IMG/VR virus record: IMGVR_UViG_3300037225_000932
Location: 64,001-128,000 of that record
Reading direction: 5' to 3' (one strand)
DNA from: a virus
DNA length: 64,000 nt
The notes under the pieces are model-generated. The model ran no database searches, was not told the DNA's origin, and worked only from the letters and a program-made list of their open reading frames with translations. Position numbers and translations under genes: made by a program. Positions 10,690-22,400 of this stretch are shown in pieces; position 1 is the stretch's first letter, and the number at the start of each line of letters is the position of its first letter.

Positions 10690-13600
10690 ATGACCATTAA
10701 GTTTTCTGTGCCTGATAAAAATTCTAAAAATAGTATGGTATCTTCTTCTGGAAGCTATCAAACTAAAAATACAAATAATAAATATACAAAGAGTCAGGTA
10801 GCAAGAACACCTTTAACAAAGAACGCTCAATGGGCAGGATCTGGTGCTAATGTTACTTTCACTCAACCAATGTTCTTTTCTCCATTACATACGCCACAGA
10901 ACTGGCAAATTGCTAGCAAAAGAAGAGAGGAATATCAGTGGAGTTTTGTAGCTACAAACTCCTGTTTTGTAACACTTTCTGATTTTTCTCAAAGATCAAT
11001 AAGTGAGATTTATGATACTTTTTCGGTTAAAAACAAAGATATTGGAAAGGTTGAAAATCTTTCTATATTAAATGGAGACGGAGAGATATCTTATCCGGAT
11101 TTAGTTTCTAAACATTATGTAGAAAAAAAAGTAAATAAGATAAAAATAGGGGGGACAATAGAACTTATAGAAATTACAAATGATCATAAATGTATTGTGA
11201 TAAAAAGAGAAGACATAAAATGTTCTAAATCTATTTGGAAATGTAAAATATGTGTAAGTAATAAATCTTCATCTACTTGTGAAAAATTTAAGTGCGCAAA
11301 AAATAAAAATATAGAATATAATATATCTAGTATAAATGCCTCAGAAGTGAAAAAAGGAGACTTTTTTCTTGTTCCGTTTAATACAGAAGTTAAATCAAGT
11401 ATAATAAAAACAAAAGAGGAAGCAAGATACGCTGGACATCTAGCTTCTGATGGATGGGTATGTGATGGAAATAATCCATCCTCATATTTTACTAGTAGTA
11501 TTTGTATGCACGTAGACGAAGAGAAATATGTTTTACCTTCAGTAGAATATGTATTTAGTAAATTTAATATTAGCGCAAATAAGCATACAAAAAAATCTAA
11601 TAAAGTAGAGACCATAGGAAGCTCTAATAAAAAATTATTTCAACATTCTCATAGTCTTGTTCTTGGAAAAGGTAAAGATAAAAAGTTTACAGATCAAGTT
11701 GTATATTTAGATAATAATCTTCAAAAAGAAGTTTTAGGAGCATACATACAATCTGATGGTTCTTGGAACAAAAAAAATCAATGTATAGAAATAACTACTT
11801 ATTCTCCACATTTAGCTAATCAATTGCTTGTTATGTTTTATCGTTGTGGTATATTAGCCAGGGGTAATAAACAAAAATTAAGTAAATCAGCTTTTAGGTC
11901 AGAAAATAAATATAGATATATTATTAATGTGTCTTCTTCTGAATGTGAAAAAATAAAAGAATATGTTCCTGGAAAATGTTTTGGAATTAAAACTAAAAAA
12001 AACAGACATAGTAAAAGATTTTTCTGGAAAAACTATGTAGTTTCTCCTGTTGTAAGTAACGAAAGTTATGATTATTCTGGAGACGTTTATGATATAAGAG
12101 TTCCAGAAAAATTTACAGTTATAGTAAATAGTATAGCTATAAATCAATGTCGCTTCTATTACACTAACGAACCAAAGGTAGCAGCCGGTATAGATTTCTA
12201 TGCGCAATTTTGTATGAACGGATTTAAGCTTGAATGTTCAGATAAAAAAACATTAAAGTTTTATGAAAAAGTAGTTAAAGATTTACAACTCAATCATTGG
12301 TGTAAACATATAAGTCATGAATATTATATGTTAGGAGACGTTTTTCCTTTCACGAGTATAAGTTGTCCTCATTGTGGAGGAAAATCAATAAAACCTGATG
12401 GTTCACACTGCAATCACCCAGGAGGAACAATTGGACGTATTGTTTTAATGAATCCTGATTGGATTGAAGTAGAAAAAAATGTTTTAGCATCTGAACCTGT
12501 TTTTACTTTAGTTCCAGATGAAGAACTTAAAATGATTGTTTCGAGAAAACAGCCTAGACAAATATATGATAGATTGCCAAAAGATTTTATCAATATGATA
12601 GCTAGTGGACAGCCTATAATATTATCAAATAAATGTATAAGTCACATAAAACATACAGATAGTTCATATGGTAAATATGGTTCTTCTATATTAAGAAGAC
12701 TTTTTACTGTATTAGCATATAAGACAAAACTAATGACTGCGAACTGGATTATAGCAGAAAGACTTATTCTTCCAGTAAGAGTTATAAAAATAGGAGATAA
12801 AGATCGTCCTGCCGGTCCAGAAGATATTGCTGATGTTTCAAATCAAATATCTGCTGTAGTTAATGATCCAAATCTGACTATAGTTACCCATCATGCTTTT
12901 GATTATGAATATTACGGAGCAACGGGTAAGATACATAATATTACTGCTGAAATAGAACAAATAGGTAAAGAGATACTTGATGGATTGATGTTAAATCAAG
13001 CACTTTTGAACGGGGAAGCTTCTTGTCACAGTGAAGACACTTTAACATTAACAGATAGTGGATTTAAGAAATATGATCAAATAACAGAAAAAGATAAAAT
13101 AGCCTGTTATAATCCAAAGACTAATAAAATAGAATATCATCATTATAAAAATAAATATGTTTATGATTATAATAATAAAATGGTTCATTTTAAGAATAAT
13201 ATGATGGATATTCTGGTTACTCCAAATCATAGAATGTGGACCAGAAAAAGAGATAAATGTAATTTTGAATTTATTAATGCTTCAGATGTTGCCAGAAGAT
13301 CTTATTTTCTTAATAGAGTAGATGGATTTGATGGAGATTATATTAAAAATATAACTATTGGATCTGAAACCTATTCTATCTATGATTTTTGCCAAATGAT
13401 TGGTTGGTATATATCAGAAGGAACAACTTCAGAAGAAAAGAGAAAAAATAGAACTAGAAAAATAACCACATTAAACATACATCAGTCTAAAAATGGATAT
13501 AGAGAAGAAATAAATAGTTTATTTAACACAATGTTTAAGACGCACTATGAGACAGAAAAAGCTATATGTGTTTATAAACCAGATTTAGCTAAATGGCTAA

Positions 13601-15246
13601 AAGAAAATTGTGGAGGACATTCTTATGTGAAACAAATTCCTACATGGATAAAAAATCTAGATTCATCTTGTCTACAGGTCTTATTAGACGCTTATGTTCA
13701 TGGAGACGGAAGTTATTGTAATAAAGATAAATTTGGTAAAAAATCAGAAAAACATATAGTTATTTATACTTCAAGCGATCAATTAGCAAATGATATAGAA
13801 GAGATTTCTTTTAAGTGTGGATATTCTATTATAAGAAATATTAGAACAAAAGAACAATGCTCTAAAGGAAGATTTAATAAAAATGGATATGAATTTATAA
13901 CTAAAAAAGATCAACATATAATTTATCTTTCTAAAGGCAGAAAGGGTAAAGAAGTAATATTAGATTCTAGAGATAAGAGATATTACAAAAAAGAAATTCA
14001 ATCTATAGATTATTCTGGTAAGGTTTATTGTTTTACAGTTCCTTTTGGATTATTTGTCACCAAAAGAAATGATAAAATTACTATTCAAGGAAACTCATAC
14101 GCTAGTGCGCAAGTCGGTGTTGAAACTCTTATTAGAAGATTAGAGAGTTGGAGATCTACTTTAGCTGAATGGGTAGAAAATCACATATTTTTACCTATTG
14201 CTATGATGCAGGGTTTTATAGATGAGAGAGAAAGCAAAGAAATGGGAGAAGCAGTTTATATTTATCCAAAACTTAAATGGAATGATTTAAACCTAAGAGA
14301 CAAAACTAATCATCTTCAATTTCTCTCTCAGCTTCAAGATAAGCAGCTTATTAGTGTTCAAAAATTATTAGAAGAAGTAGATATAGATTATGATCAAGAA
14401 GTAGAAAGAATGAGAGAAGAACAGATGCTAGTTGGACCAAAAGGTCAAGCGGGCGGGGCTGGTGGAATGGGAGGTATGGGTGGAATGGGTGGAGCTCCTA
14501 TGGGGGGAGGTGGAGGAGGAATGCCTCCATTAGACTTAGGTGGAGGAATGGGAGGTGGAGGTGGGGTTCCTGGAAGTCCAGCAGGTGGGCCTATGGGTGG
14601 AATCCCTGGTGGAGACATGGGCGGATCTCCCGGTGGGGCTCCGGGAAGTCCAATGGGCGGATCTCCCGGTGGAGCAGTAGCAGAATCTAATTTGCCCAAT
14701 TTTAAGATAGGGCGAAAAGGATCTGGCAGAAAAACACTAAATGAACAGATGAAAGCTCCTCCTCCTAGAATGATCAAGCTTACCAAATTAGAACAAAAAA
14801 TGTATAAAATACTTGAGGGAATAAATATACCTAATCAATTATTTGGACAGTATAATGTTTTTGTTCCTGGAAATCCTCAACCTTTTGTTATTGATTTCGC
14901 TTATCCTTCTTACGGAGTAGGAGTAGAAGCAGATGGAGCAGCTTGGCATGAAAATATAGAATCTAAGATAAGAGATCAACAAAGGGATCAGAAGTTAGCT
15001 AATGTTGGTTGGAGAATTTTAAGATTTAAAGAAGATGCTATTTTACAAAAATCAGACGAAATAAAGAAAATAGTATTACAACAAATCCAAGAAGCTTTTA
15101 ACGAAAAGAAAAATAAAAAAGCACAAGAAATTCAATTTTTATTAAAAGAAGCTGGATCTTTTGAGAATAAGGAGGAAAAGTTTATTTATAACAAAATAGA
15201 TATAGAAGGAGATCTTGGCTTTATCTATTTAATAGGTACAGAATAA
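10690..15246 (+). CDS. portal protein with two inteins and C-terminal DUF559/Vsr-like nuclease domain
   Basis: RFYYTNEPKVAAGIDFY, YGSSILRRLF portal-like exteins; position upstream of protease and capsid genes; IDFA..GVEADG..WH..RDQ.RD..L...GW.ILRF at the C-terminus. Confidence 0.8.
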   Translation: MTIKFSVPDKNSKNSMVSSSGSYQTKNTNNKYTKSQVARTPLTKNAQWAGSGANVTFTQPMFFSPLHTPQNWQIASKRREEYQWSFVATNSCFVTLSDFSQRSISEIYDTFSVKNKDIGKVENLSILNGDGEISYPDLVSKHYVEKKVNKIKIGGTIELIEITNDHKCIVIKREDIKCSKSIWKCKICVSNKSSSTCEKFKCAKNKNIEYNISSINASEVKKGDFFLVPFNTEVKSSIIKTKEEARYAGHLASDGWVCDGNNPSSYFTSSICMHVDEEKYVLPSVEYVFSKFNISANKHTKKSNKVETIGSSNKKLFQHSHSLVLGKGKDKKFTDQVVYLDNNLQKEVLGAYIQSDGSWNKKNQCIEITTYSPHLANQLLVMFYRCGILARGNKQKLSKSAFRSENKYRYIINVSSSECEKIKEYVPGKCFGIKTKKNRHSKRFFWKNYVVSPVVSNESYDYSGDVYDIRVPEKFTVIVNSIAINQCRFYYTNEPKVAAGIDFYAQFCMNGFKLECSDKKTLKFYEKVVKDLQLNHWCKHISHEYYMLGDVFPFTSISCPHCGGKSIKPDGSHCNHPGGTIGRIVLMNPDWIEVEKNVLASEPVFTLVPDEELKMIVSRKQPRQIYDRLPKDFINMIASGQPIILSNKCISHIKHTDSSYGKYGSSILRRLFTVLAYKTKLMTANWIIAERLILPVRVIKIGDKDRPAGPEDIADVSNQISAVVNDPNLTIVTHHAFDYEYYGATGKIHNITAEIEQIGKEILDGLMLNQALLNGEASCHSEDTLTLTDSGFKKYDQITEKDKIACYNPKTNKIEYHHYKNKYVYDYNNKMVHFKNNMMDILVTPNHRMWTRKRDKCNFEFINASDVARRSYFLNRVDGFDGDYIKNITIGSETYSIYDFCQMIGWYISEGTTSEEKRKNRTRKITTLNIHQSKNGYREEINSLFNTMFKTHYETEKAICVYKPDLAKWLKENCGGHSYVKQIPTWIKNLDSSCLQVLLDAYVHGDGSYCNKDKFGKKSEKHIVIYTSSDQLANDIEEISFKCGYSIIRNIRTKEQCSKGRFNKNGYEFITKKDQHIIYLSKGRKGKEVILDSRDKRYYKKEIQSIDYSGKVYCFTVPFGLFVTKRNDKITIQGNSYASAQVGVETLIRRLESWRSTLAEWVENHIFLPIAMMQGFIDERESKEMGEAVYIYPKLKWNDLNLRDKTNHLQFLSQLQDKQLISVQKLLEEVDIDYDQEVERMREEQMLVGPKGQAGGAGGMGGMGGMGGAPMGGGGGGMPPLDLGGGMGGGGGVPGSPAGGPMGGIPGGDMGGSPGGAPGSPMGGSPGGAVAESNLPNFKIGRKGSGRKTLNEQMKAPPPRMIKLTKLEQKMYKILEGINIPNQLFGQYNVFVPGNPQPFVIDFAYPSYGVGVEADGAAWHENIESKIRDQQRDQKLANVGWRILRFKEDAILQKSDEIKKIVLQQIQEAFNEKKNKKAQEIQFLLKEAGSFENKEEKFIYNKIDIEGDLGFIYLIGTE
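10942..12147 (+). mobile_element. intein 1 (402 aa) with LAGLIDADG homing endonuclease
   Basis: Ser1, block B EITNDH, AGHLASDG and LGAYIQSDG, block F VYDIRV, ends INQ/C. Confidence 0.85.
13024..14094 (+). mobile_element. intein 2 (357 aa) with LAGLIDADG homing endonuclease
   Basis: CHSEDT start, LVTPNH, IGWYISEG and LDAYVHGDG, VYCFTV, ends QGN/S. Confidence 0.9.
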
Positions 15247-15695
15247 TGTTAGAAAATATGTTTAATCTTTCAAAATTTTCAGCTTGGCCTACTGGCAAGC
15301 ATAGAAAAAGGATTAGAGACAGAGGTATTCATTGGGAGGAATCTTATAAGGAAAAATCTGCGCCTTTAAAAAAAAGATTTATTAGAGATATTGGAGAAGG
15401 ATCATATTATCGCTGGGAGGGTCATGATTATACTACTAATTCTGATTATTTTATAGTTGTAGGTCCGGCACAAGATCGCTATGGTAAAAAACTATTTTTC
15501 GCAGGCATAAAAAAACTTCCTCCTAAGCATGAAAGGAAAAAGATTTATGCTCCTAGCGGAAAATACTTTACAACCATATTAGCAGCATTAAGTCATTCAA
15601 ATAGAATGTGGTCCGCTCCTTTTCCTAGAAATCAAATAAATTATACGGCTTCAGATCTCGCTAATATTAATATACCAAGAAAACTTAAAGCATAA
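15246..15695 (+). CDS. hypothetical basic protein
   Basis: 149 aa coupled to the portal stop; MFNLSKFSA leader-like motif. Confidence 0.7.
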   Translation: MLENMFNLSKFSAWPTGKHRKRIRDRGIHWEESYKEKSAPLKKRFIRDIGEGSYYRWEGHDYTTNSDYFIVVGPAQDRYGKKLFFAGIKKLPPKHERKKIYAPSGKYFTTILAALSHSNRMWSAPFPRNQINYTASDLANINIPRKLKA

Positions 15696-15758
15696 ACAAA
15701 GGGAACAAAGGGAATAAAGATATAGATATATTTTAAGTCATTTTTTTTAAGGACTTTC

Positions 15759-16364
15759 ATGGATTTACAAACAATAATAAGTGCCGGAACAGGAATAGGA
15801 GCCATCATAGCTGGATCTATTATAGTTTTATATGGACATATAAAAAGTAATATTAAAAAAAGAAAAAGAGATCCTCTGTATTGTCTTAATGATGATATTC
15901 TTATTCAAGATGCTTTAACGGAATTAAGGGTAAAACTTGGTGCTGATAGAGTTTATATAACTCGATTTCATAATGGTGGAGAATATTTTGACGGAACTGC
16001 TATAAAAAAGATATCTAGAACACATGAGTCTTGTAAAAGAGGATGTTCTCATGAACTTTTAGGTTTTCAAAATGTTCCAACTTCTTTAGTAACAGAAATA
16101 ATTAGTATGCTAGAAGAGTCTAATAGGACTAATAATGTTTCTTTTAAAAAAGTAGAACAAATAGAAAGCGGTTTTCTAAAAAATCATTTAATAAATGTTG
16201 AAGCTAGATTTATTATTAAATACAGATTAAAAGTAAGAATGAATTTATTTGGATATTTAGGAGTTCAATATTCAAAAGAAGATGTTAATATAACTGACGA
16301 TATTAAAAATGATATAATTAAAACAGCAGGTATTATAGAAAATATATTTATTTCAAAAAAATAA
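15759..16364 (+). CDS. membrane-anchored GAF-like protein (holin candidate)
   Basis: single N-terminal hydrophobic helix; LGADRVYITRFHNGG...GYLGVQY GAF-like pattern. Confidence 0.5.
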   Translation: MDLQTIISAGTGIGAIIAGSIIVLYGHIKSNIKKRKRDPLYCLNDDILIQDALTELRVKLGADRVYITRFHNGGEYFDGTAIKKISRTHESCKRGCSHELLGFQNVPTSLVTEIISMLEESNRTNNVSFKKVEQIESGFLKNHLINVEARFIIKYRLKVRMNLFGYLGVQYSKEDVNITDDIKNDIIKTAGIIENIFISKK

Positions 16365-16429
16365 AGGATTTATTATTACTATTTAACAATAGTAATTTTA
16401 TACATTGTTTATAGAAAAGGTATTTCATT

Positions 16430-19400
16430 ATGTCTTTCATGAAAAAGGCTAAATATTTAGAACAAATAAAATTTGATGTATTAAATCTTCCAAACTGGAA
16501 AGAATATAATTTAAAGATGGTAAAAATTGCTTCAGTAGATAAAAATACTAATTTAGGTGGATTTGATATAGAAGCAATGATAAAAGAAAAACCAGAACAT
16601 CTCTTTATTAAAATTTTCGCAATAAAAAAAGATGAAGTAAATGATAATGGAGATGCTTTTTCTGAAGTAGAACTTAAAAAAGCAGCTAAAACCTTTATTG
16701 GTGTTCCTATATTCTGTAATCACCAAAATGATGATATAGAAAAAGCTAGAGGTAAATGCGTTCACGCTTGGTATGATGATCCATCCGAAGGTATTTATAT
16801 TATAGCAATGGTAGATAGGATTGCCTATCCTAGACTAGCAAGAGGCGTAGAAGAGGGTTTTATCTCTGGCACATCAATGGGATGTTCTGTAGATCACTCT
16901 TGCTGTTCAGTGTGTCATCAAAGAGCTTCGGTAGCAGATGAATATTGTGATCACATTAAAAATAGAAAAAATAAAAAATTTAGCGGAAAAATAGAATGTC
17001 AATATCACAATTCTCCATGTGAACCTAAAGATAATTGTCCCGTTTGTGGTAAAATGAAGGATGAAACTAGAGAACTAGAACATAAAGAAGCTAAAATATA
17101 TGAGCATAATTTTGATGTTAAATTTATAGAAGATAGTTTCGTCGTAAATCCAGCATGTCATTCTTGTTTAGTCCAAGAAGTTTTTAATGTTTCTGAATTG
17201 GCTAAAAAAGTTGCTAATCTAAAAGAATTAGTAGTTAAATTAGGATCAAATTGTCCTACTGGAACATGTTCTATAGCTGAAAATAAAATGATAAAAGAAG
17301 CAGGTATGTTAGAAATAGAATATCTAACAGATGCTATGGAGAAAATAGAAAAAGTAGCAAAAAGTATGATGGCACAAAAAGCTAATATTTCACTAGAATA
17401 TGTAAGCGATCTAGTAGAGACCCTTGCTAATGTTCAATCTATAGCTGATGAGTTAATTGAAATGGGATATGCTCAACTTCCTTCTCCTGATATTATAAAA
17501 GCAGATTCAGATATCAATTTAACAAAACCGGCAATGCCTATCGTTTCTCCCCCAGTTCAATCACCAGTTAAAACACCTTCGGCTCCAGATATCTCAACTC
17601 AAGATATTGGAGGAGTTGGATCTATTACTAAACCAAAAATTTCTTCTATTGAAGAAAAAAAGAAGGAATTTACAAAAGTATTTGGAAACTTAAAAGACAG
17701 ACTAGCTATATTGGCTGAAAAAATACAAAATTATCCCGATAATTATAATAAATTAAATATTAAGGAGTCTATAGGAATGGTTAACAACAAGGTTTCAGAA
17801 CAAGGTGTTATCGAAAAAACTGCTGCCCATGATACTTCTGTTATAACAGAAAAGCAATTAGATAATGCTAAATTCACAGGAGAAAGAACTAATATTTCTC
17901 CTGAAGTTATTACAGAAAAGCAATTAGATAAGCCAAAAGATGTTAATGTTACTACTAGTGAGACTCCTCAAAAAAGAACAGGCTCTCCAGATGTTATTAC
18001 AGAAAAACAGTTGGAACAAATAAAGAGTGGTTATGTTGTTCGTTGGAATGATTTTCCTGAAGTTATTACAGAAAAGCAATGGACAGATGCTAGTAGACTA
18101 ATGGGATCTTTATTAAGTGTAGATCAAACTCAAGTTATTACTGAAAAACAACTTAATGATTTTCTGTCTAAGCATAGTTATGCTGAATTGGATGTTATTA
18201 CAGAAAAACAATTAGAAGCATCAAAAACAGAACAAACAAAGAGATGGGCGAATTCAAAGGAAATAGTAAAAACTGCTATGGAAGCCATCTCTGATACTAT
18301 TGCTTATTATGGAAAAACTCCACAAGAAATAAAAGAAGCAATTAATTATCTGACCAAATCTTCTAAGGTGTTAGATAAGGCGGCATTTGTTTCTTTAATA
18401 AATGCTCTTCCAAATAAAACTAATGAAATTAAAAATGACAAACAGAAATTTATGTATTTCTCTAAGTTGGCTTCTACTTCTGTTAATACTTCTAATACTG
18501 TAGAATCTTTACTAAACAGTGTTAGTAGTAGACTTGAGAAATTTAGCACAGATGATATTTTTTCTGCTATAAAAACTATAACTGCTAGCGAAAAGGGTAT
18601 GGAACAAGTTGAGAATATAGCAAAAACTAAAATGCAATCTGGTATAGAGAACGTTAATGAGGTAGATAAAGTGGCTCAGTTTGAAAATGCCATTAACGAA
18701 TTAAATAGACCTGAAGATGGTTCTTATCAAGTTTTGGCTGGTCTATCTGAAATAGAAGCCAAACCTACTGATAAAAAAGCTTTCTTAAAAGGAGTAATAA
18801 AAGTTGCCATAAAAGAAATTAATGACAATAAAGTTAAGGTAGCTTTAACTAAAGTTGATATTGATGAAGAGAATTCGGTAGTTGTTGCTACTCTTAAAAA
18901 TGTAGAAAACTTAAATGAAGAAGAAAAGAAAACTGTAGCTCAATTTGATGATTGGATGAATAAAGATATGGAACTACTTGAACCTAAAGATTCAAATATA
19001 TTTGATCCAACTACAGATATTGATACTGAAACTCCAGAAGGTATATTTGCTGATGAGGATTTTTTTCCAACTGACGAAGAAGATATGGCAGGTTTAGATA
19101 TAGATCCAAAAGAAATAGACGAAGAAGATAATGAAAATCTTAAACTAGTTCGTCATGGAATGCCCGGCATGTCAACAATGGACAATCCACTGACTGCTTC
19201 TAGAAAAGAAAATAGAGAAAACCTAGTTAAAGAAGCTCAAATGTTTGGAGGAGAAATGGGAGGACAGGCTGGAGCATCCCAGGGACCTGGTGCTGGAGCA
19301 ACATTACCGACTCCTCCAGGAGCAGCACCAGCAGGAGGAACGCCTCCACTTGAAAGTTTTGAGAAATCAGATATGGGAGCAGATTTAGCAGGAGATGCTG

Positions 19401-22400
19401 AAGATATGTCAGCAAAGCCTCCTGGCTCTTTATGCCCTGTATGTGGAAGCACAGACTTAGATATTATTAAAGGTACTGGAAAGTGTAATAATTGTGGATC
19501 GGAAATGGTTTTTGAAATTGATGTTAAAGTAACAAAATGGTCTGGATTAACTGGAGAAAAAGAAGAAGAAAAAGAAGGTGAAAAAGAAACTGAAGGAGCA
19601 GGTTTTGAAATGCCACCAACAGAAACTCCAACTGCACCTCCTGCCGCTCCAGCAGGAGCAGGATTGGCAGAACAACCACCAGCAATGGCATCTAATAAGG
19701 ATATTATTAAACTTGGAGAGTTTGCGGAGTTTACTAAGTTGACACCAAGTTCTATTAAAAAACTAAGTGAAAGTAAGATAAAACTGGGCTCTATAAGTCC
19801 AATAACTGGTAATTCTAATACCTTATCTTTAGGCGGAAAGAAAATGTTATGCTTAGATACTGGTATTCCTTATGAATTAGATTATGTTGTAAATATTAAA
19901 AATCCAAAAGAAATTTATGCTAGATGGATTTGGAATCCTACTATAAAAATAGCTTGTGAATCTTGTTCTAGAGCAAAACAATCATTTGTTGAAGCTCTTA
20001 AAAAACTACAAGTAACTGAAGAGCAATTTGATGCTTTAGATATTAAGGAAAAAGGCAATACTATTATAGCAATGCAGAATAAGGGATTGTTAAAACAAAT
20101 AAAAACAGCAAGTGTTAAAGACAGTTCTGTAATAAGCGAAATGAAAAAGGCAATGACTAGTTTATATGGAAATAAGTTCCCATCTGAAATGTGCAGACAA
20201 AAATTAGCTATTAGATTTGGTAAGAATGCTATAGCTTTAAGTGGGCCATGTGAAGGCAAGCCATTATATGAATGTGTATGTAATTCTCTTAAGAAGGCAG
20301 GTGTATATTCTAATGGTTTAGCTATTAAAGTTGCAGAAATATGGTCAGATAAAGATGCTTCTTCTGAATGTATGGAAGATTATGTAAGAATGGGTTTTGA
20401 ACTGAAACAGGCTTCTACTATATGTTCTTCCATTAAGTCTAAATATGCACAAATGGATGATATGCTAGTTGATGAAATGAGTAATAGCGTTGAACCTAAT
20501 GTGGAAGAAGAACCTATGGTAGAAGAAAATATTGTAGATATTGAACCTTTCTCTAGAGAAAATATGGAAGAAAATATGGAAGAAGAAACAGAAGGAGTAA
20601 CTATAACTCTTCCTCTTGATGTAATTGAACAATTAGATAAAGCTGTAGACGTTGCTATGGGAGAAAATCCTGAAAATGAAGAGCATCATCAAGTAGATGT
20701 TCCTAAAACAGATGTTTCCATAGAAGTACCAGAGGGTGCAGCTAAAGAAATAGACGAGGTTGCTGATAAAGTTTTAGATGAAAATTTAGGAACAGAAACT
20801 GGTGAAGAAGAAAATAAAGAAGAAGGATCAGAAGAAACTGGAGTTGTAGAAACAACTGAAGTTGAGCCTACTAGTGAAGGTGGGAAAATAGAGACCACCG
20901 AAATTGAACCTGTTAATATAGGCGAAGAAGAAGTTAAGCCTATTACTACTGAACAAACTTCTAATCTTCCTCCGGCTTTAGTTGAAAACATTAAAGATAA
21001 AGAAGATGGAGAAAAACCATCTGAAGTTTCCGATAAATCAACACAAACATTAGAAGAAAGAGTAGAAAAGCTCGAAGAAAAGAGCGAAAATAAAACAGAG
21101 AAACCCGTTGAAAATAAAGAAGAAAAGAAAGAAAAACCAAAAGAGACAGAACAATCTGAAGAAAAACCTGAAAATAAAGAAGGAAAAGAAACAGAAGTAG
21201 TAGAAGAAGTTAAAGAAGAAGAAAAACAAGAATTAGCTGATGAAGGCGAGCAATATAAAGAAGGAAAGCCAGAAATGACAGAAACTTCGATAGAAGACAT
21301 TGTAAAAGAAGCTAATACTATGAAACCAGGATACATTGGTAGAACTGGCAGAGTAGGTTTAGATCTTTCTGGAGTAATGAATGTTCTTAATAAAAAATCT
21401 CAAAATATTAACGAGAATGTTAATCTAAAGAGTAAAGATAGAGACCTGGGAAATGCTAAAGAAAAAGCAGTTCAACAGGAAAATGCTCAAGAGAGCAAAG
21501 ATATAGGTAAGGTTAAAGATAATAAAACTATGGGTGAAGAATCTAAGTTTGATGCAAAAAAACCAGAAGTTCCAACAGGAGATGCTTTAGTAGGAAAAGA
21601 AAAAGAAATTAAAGAAATTGATCCTCCTAAAATTCCAGCAGGTAGCTCAGCAATGGGTGAAGAACAATTAGAAGGAGGAGATACTAGAGCTACTGGCGGA
21701 TCTCAGGGTCAAGGAAACTCAAGAGCAGCTTCTACCAGAGATAAATTAACTGCAATGGCAGAAAGAATTCAAAATATTATGAATAAAAAGGCTGAAGAAA
21801 AGAAACTGGCTCCGAAAGAACCAGTATCTAAAGATAAAGATATCCAGCCAATAAACGGTGATTCACAGATAGGTGATGAAAAAGAAGTAAAAGCTATTGA
21901 AGTTAAAACTACTGATGTAGAAACTAAAGATGGTTTCTTAGGAAAAGAAAAAGAAACTTTTAAAGATAAACCGTCATCACCAAAAGATAATCCTTCCATA
22001 CCGGCAGGTGGTGGAAAATTTAAAAACGAAAAGAATGTTCCTGAAAAACAGGAAAAAGATAAAGGCACTGTAATAGCAAAGTCCGAAGATGGTAAAAAAA
22101 TTGAAGCAGAAGCATTTAGAGTAGCAGGCCGCATGTTAGAAAGAGGTCAGATAAAAGCTGATCAGCTTGCTTCTAAAGTATCTGAACTAAAAGGATATAA
22201 AATGGCACAATTACATGACATTGAAAATGCTATGTTTTCTGCCAAAAAAGGACTTAACACAGTAGCAGACGGGATAGAGTTTCCCGTAGTCATTGGAGAA
22301 GAGAGTAATCATCGTAGTTCTCAAGCAGAACTGTCAAATAAGTTATCAAGCTTATTTACTCTTTCTAAAATGAACAAAAAAGCTCAAGAAATAGATTTAG

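Noticed and set aside
14445-22134. Antisense ORFs over portal and scaffold (e.g. 14445..14786, 20689..21336, 21769..22134)
   Set aside because: Mirror the low-complexity codons of well-supported + strand genes; no RBS
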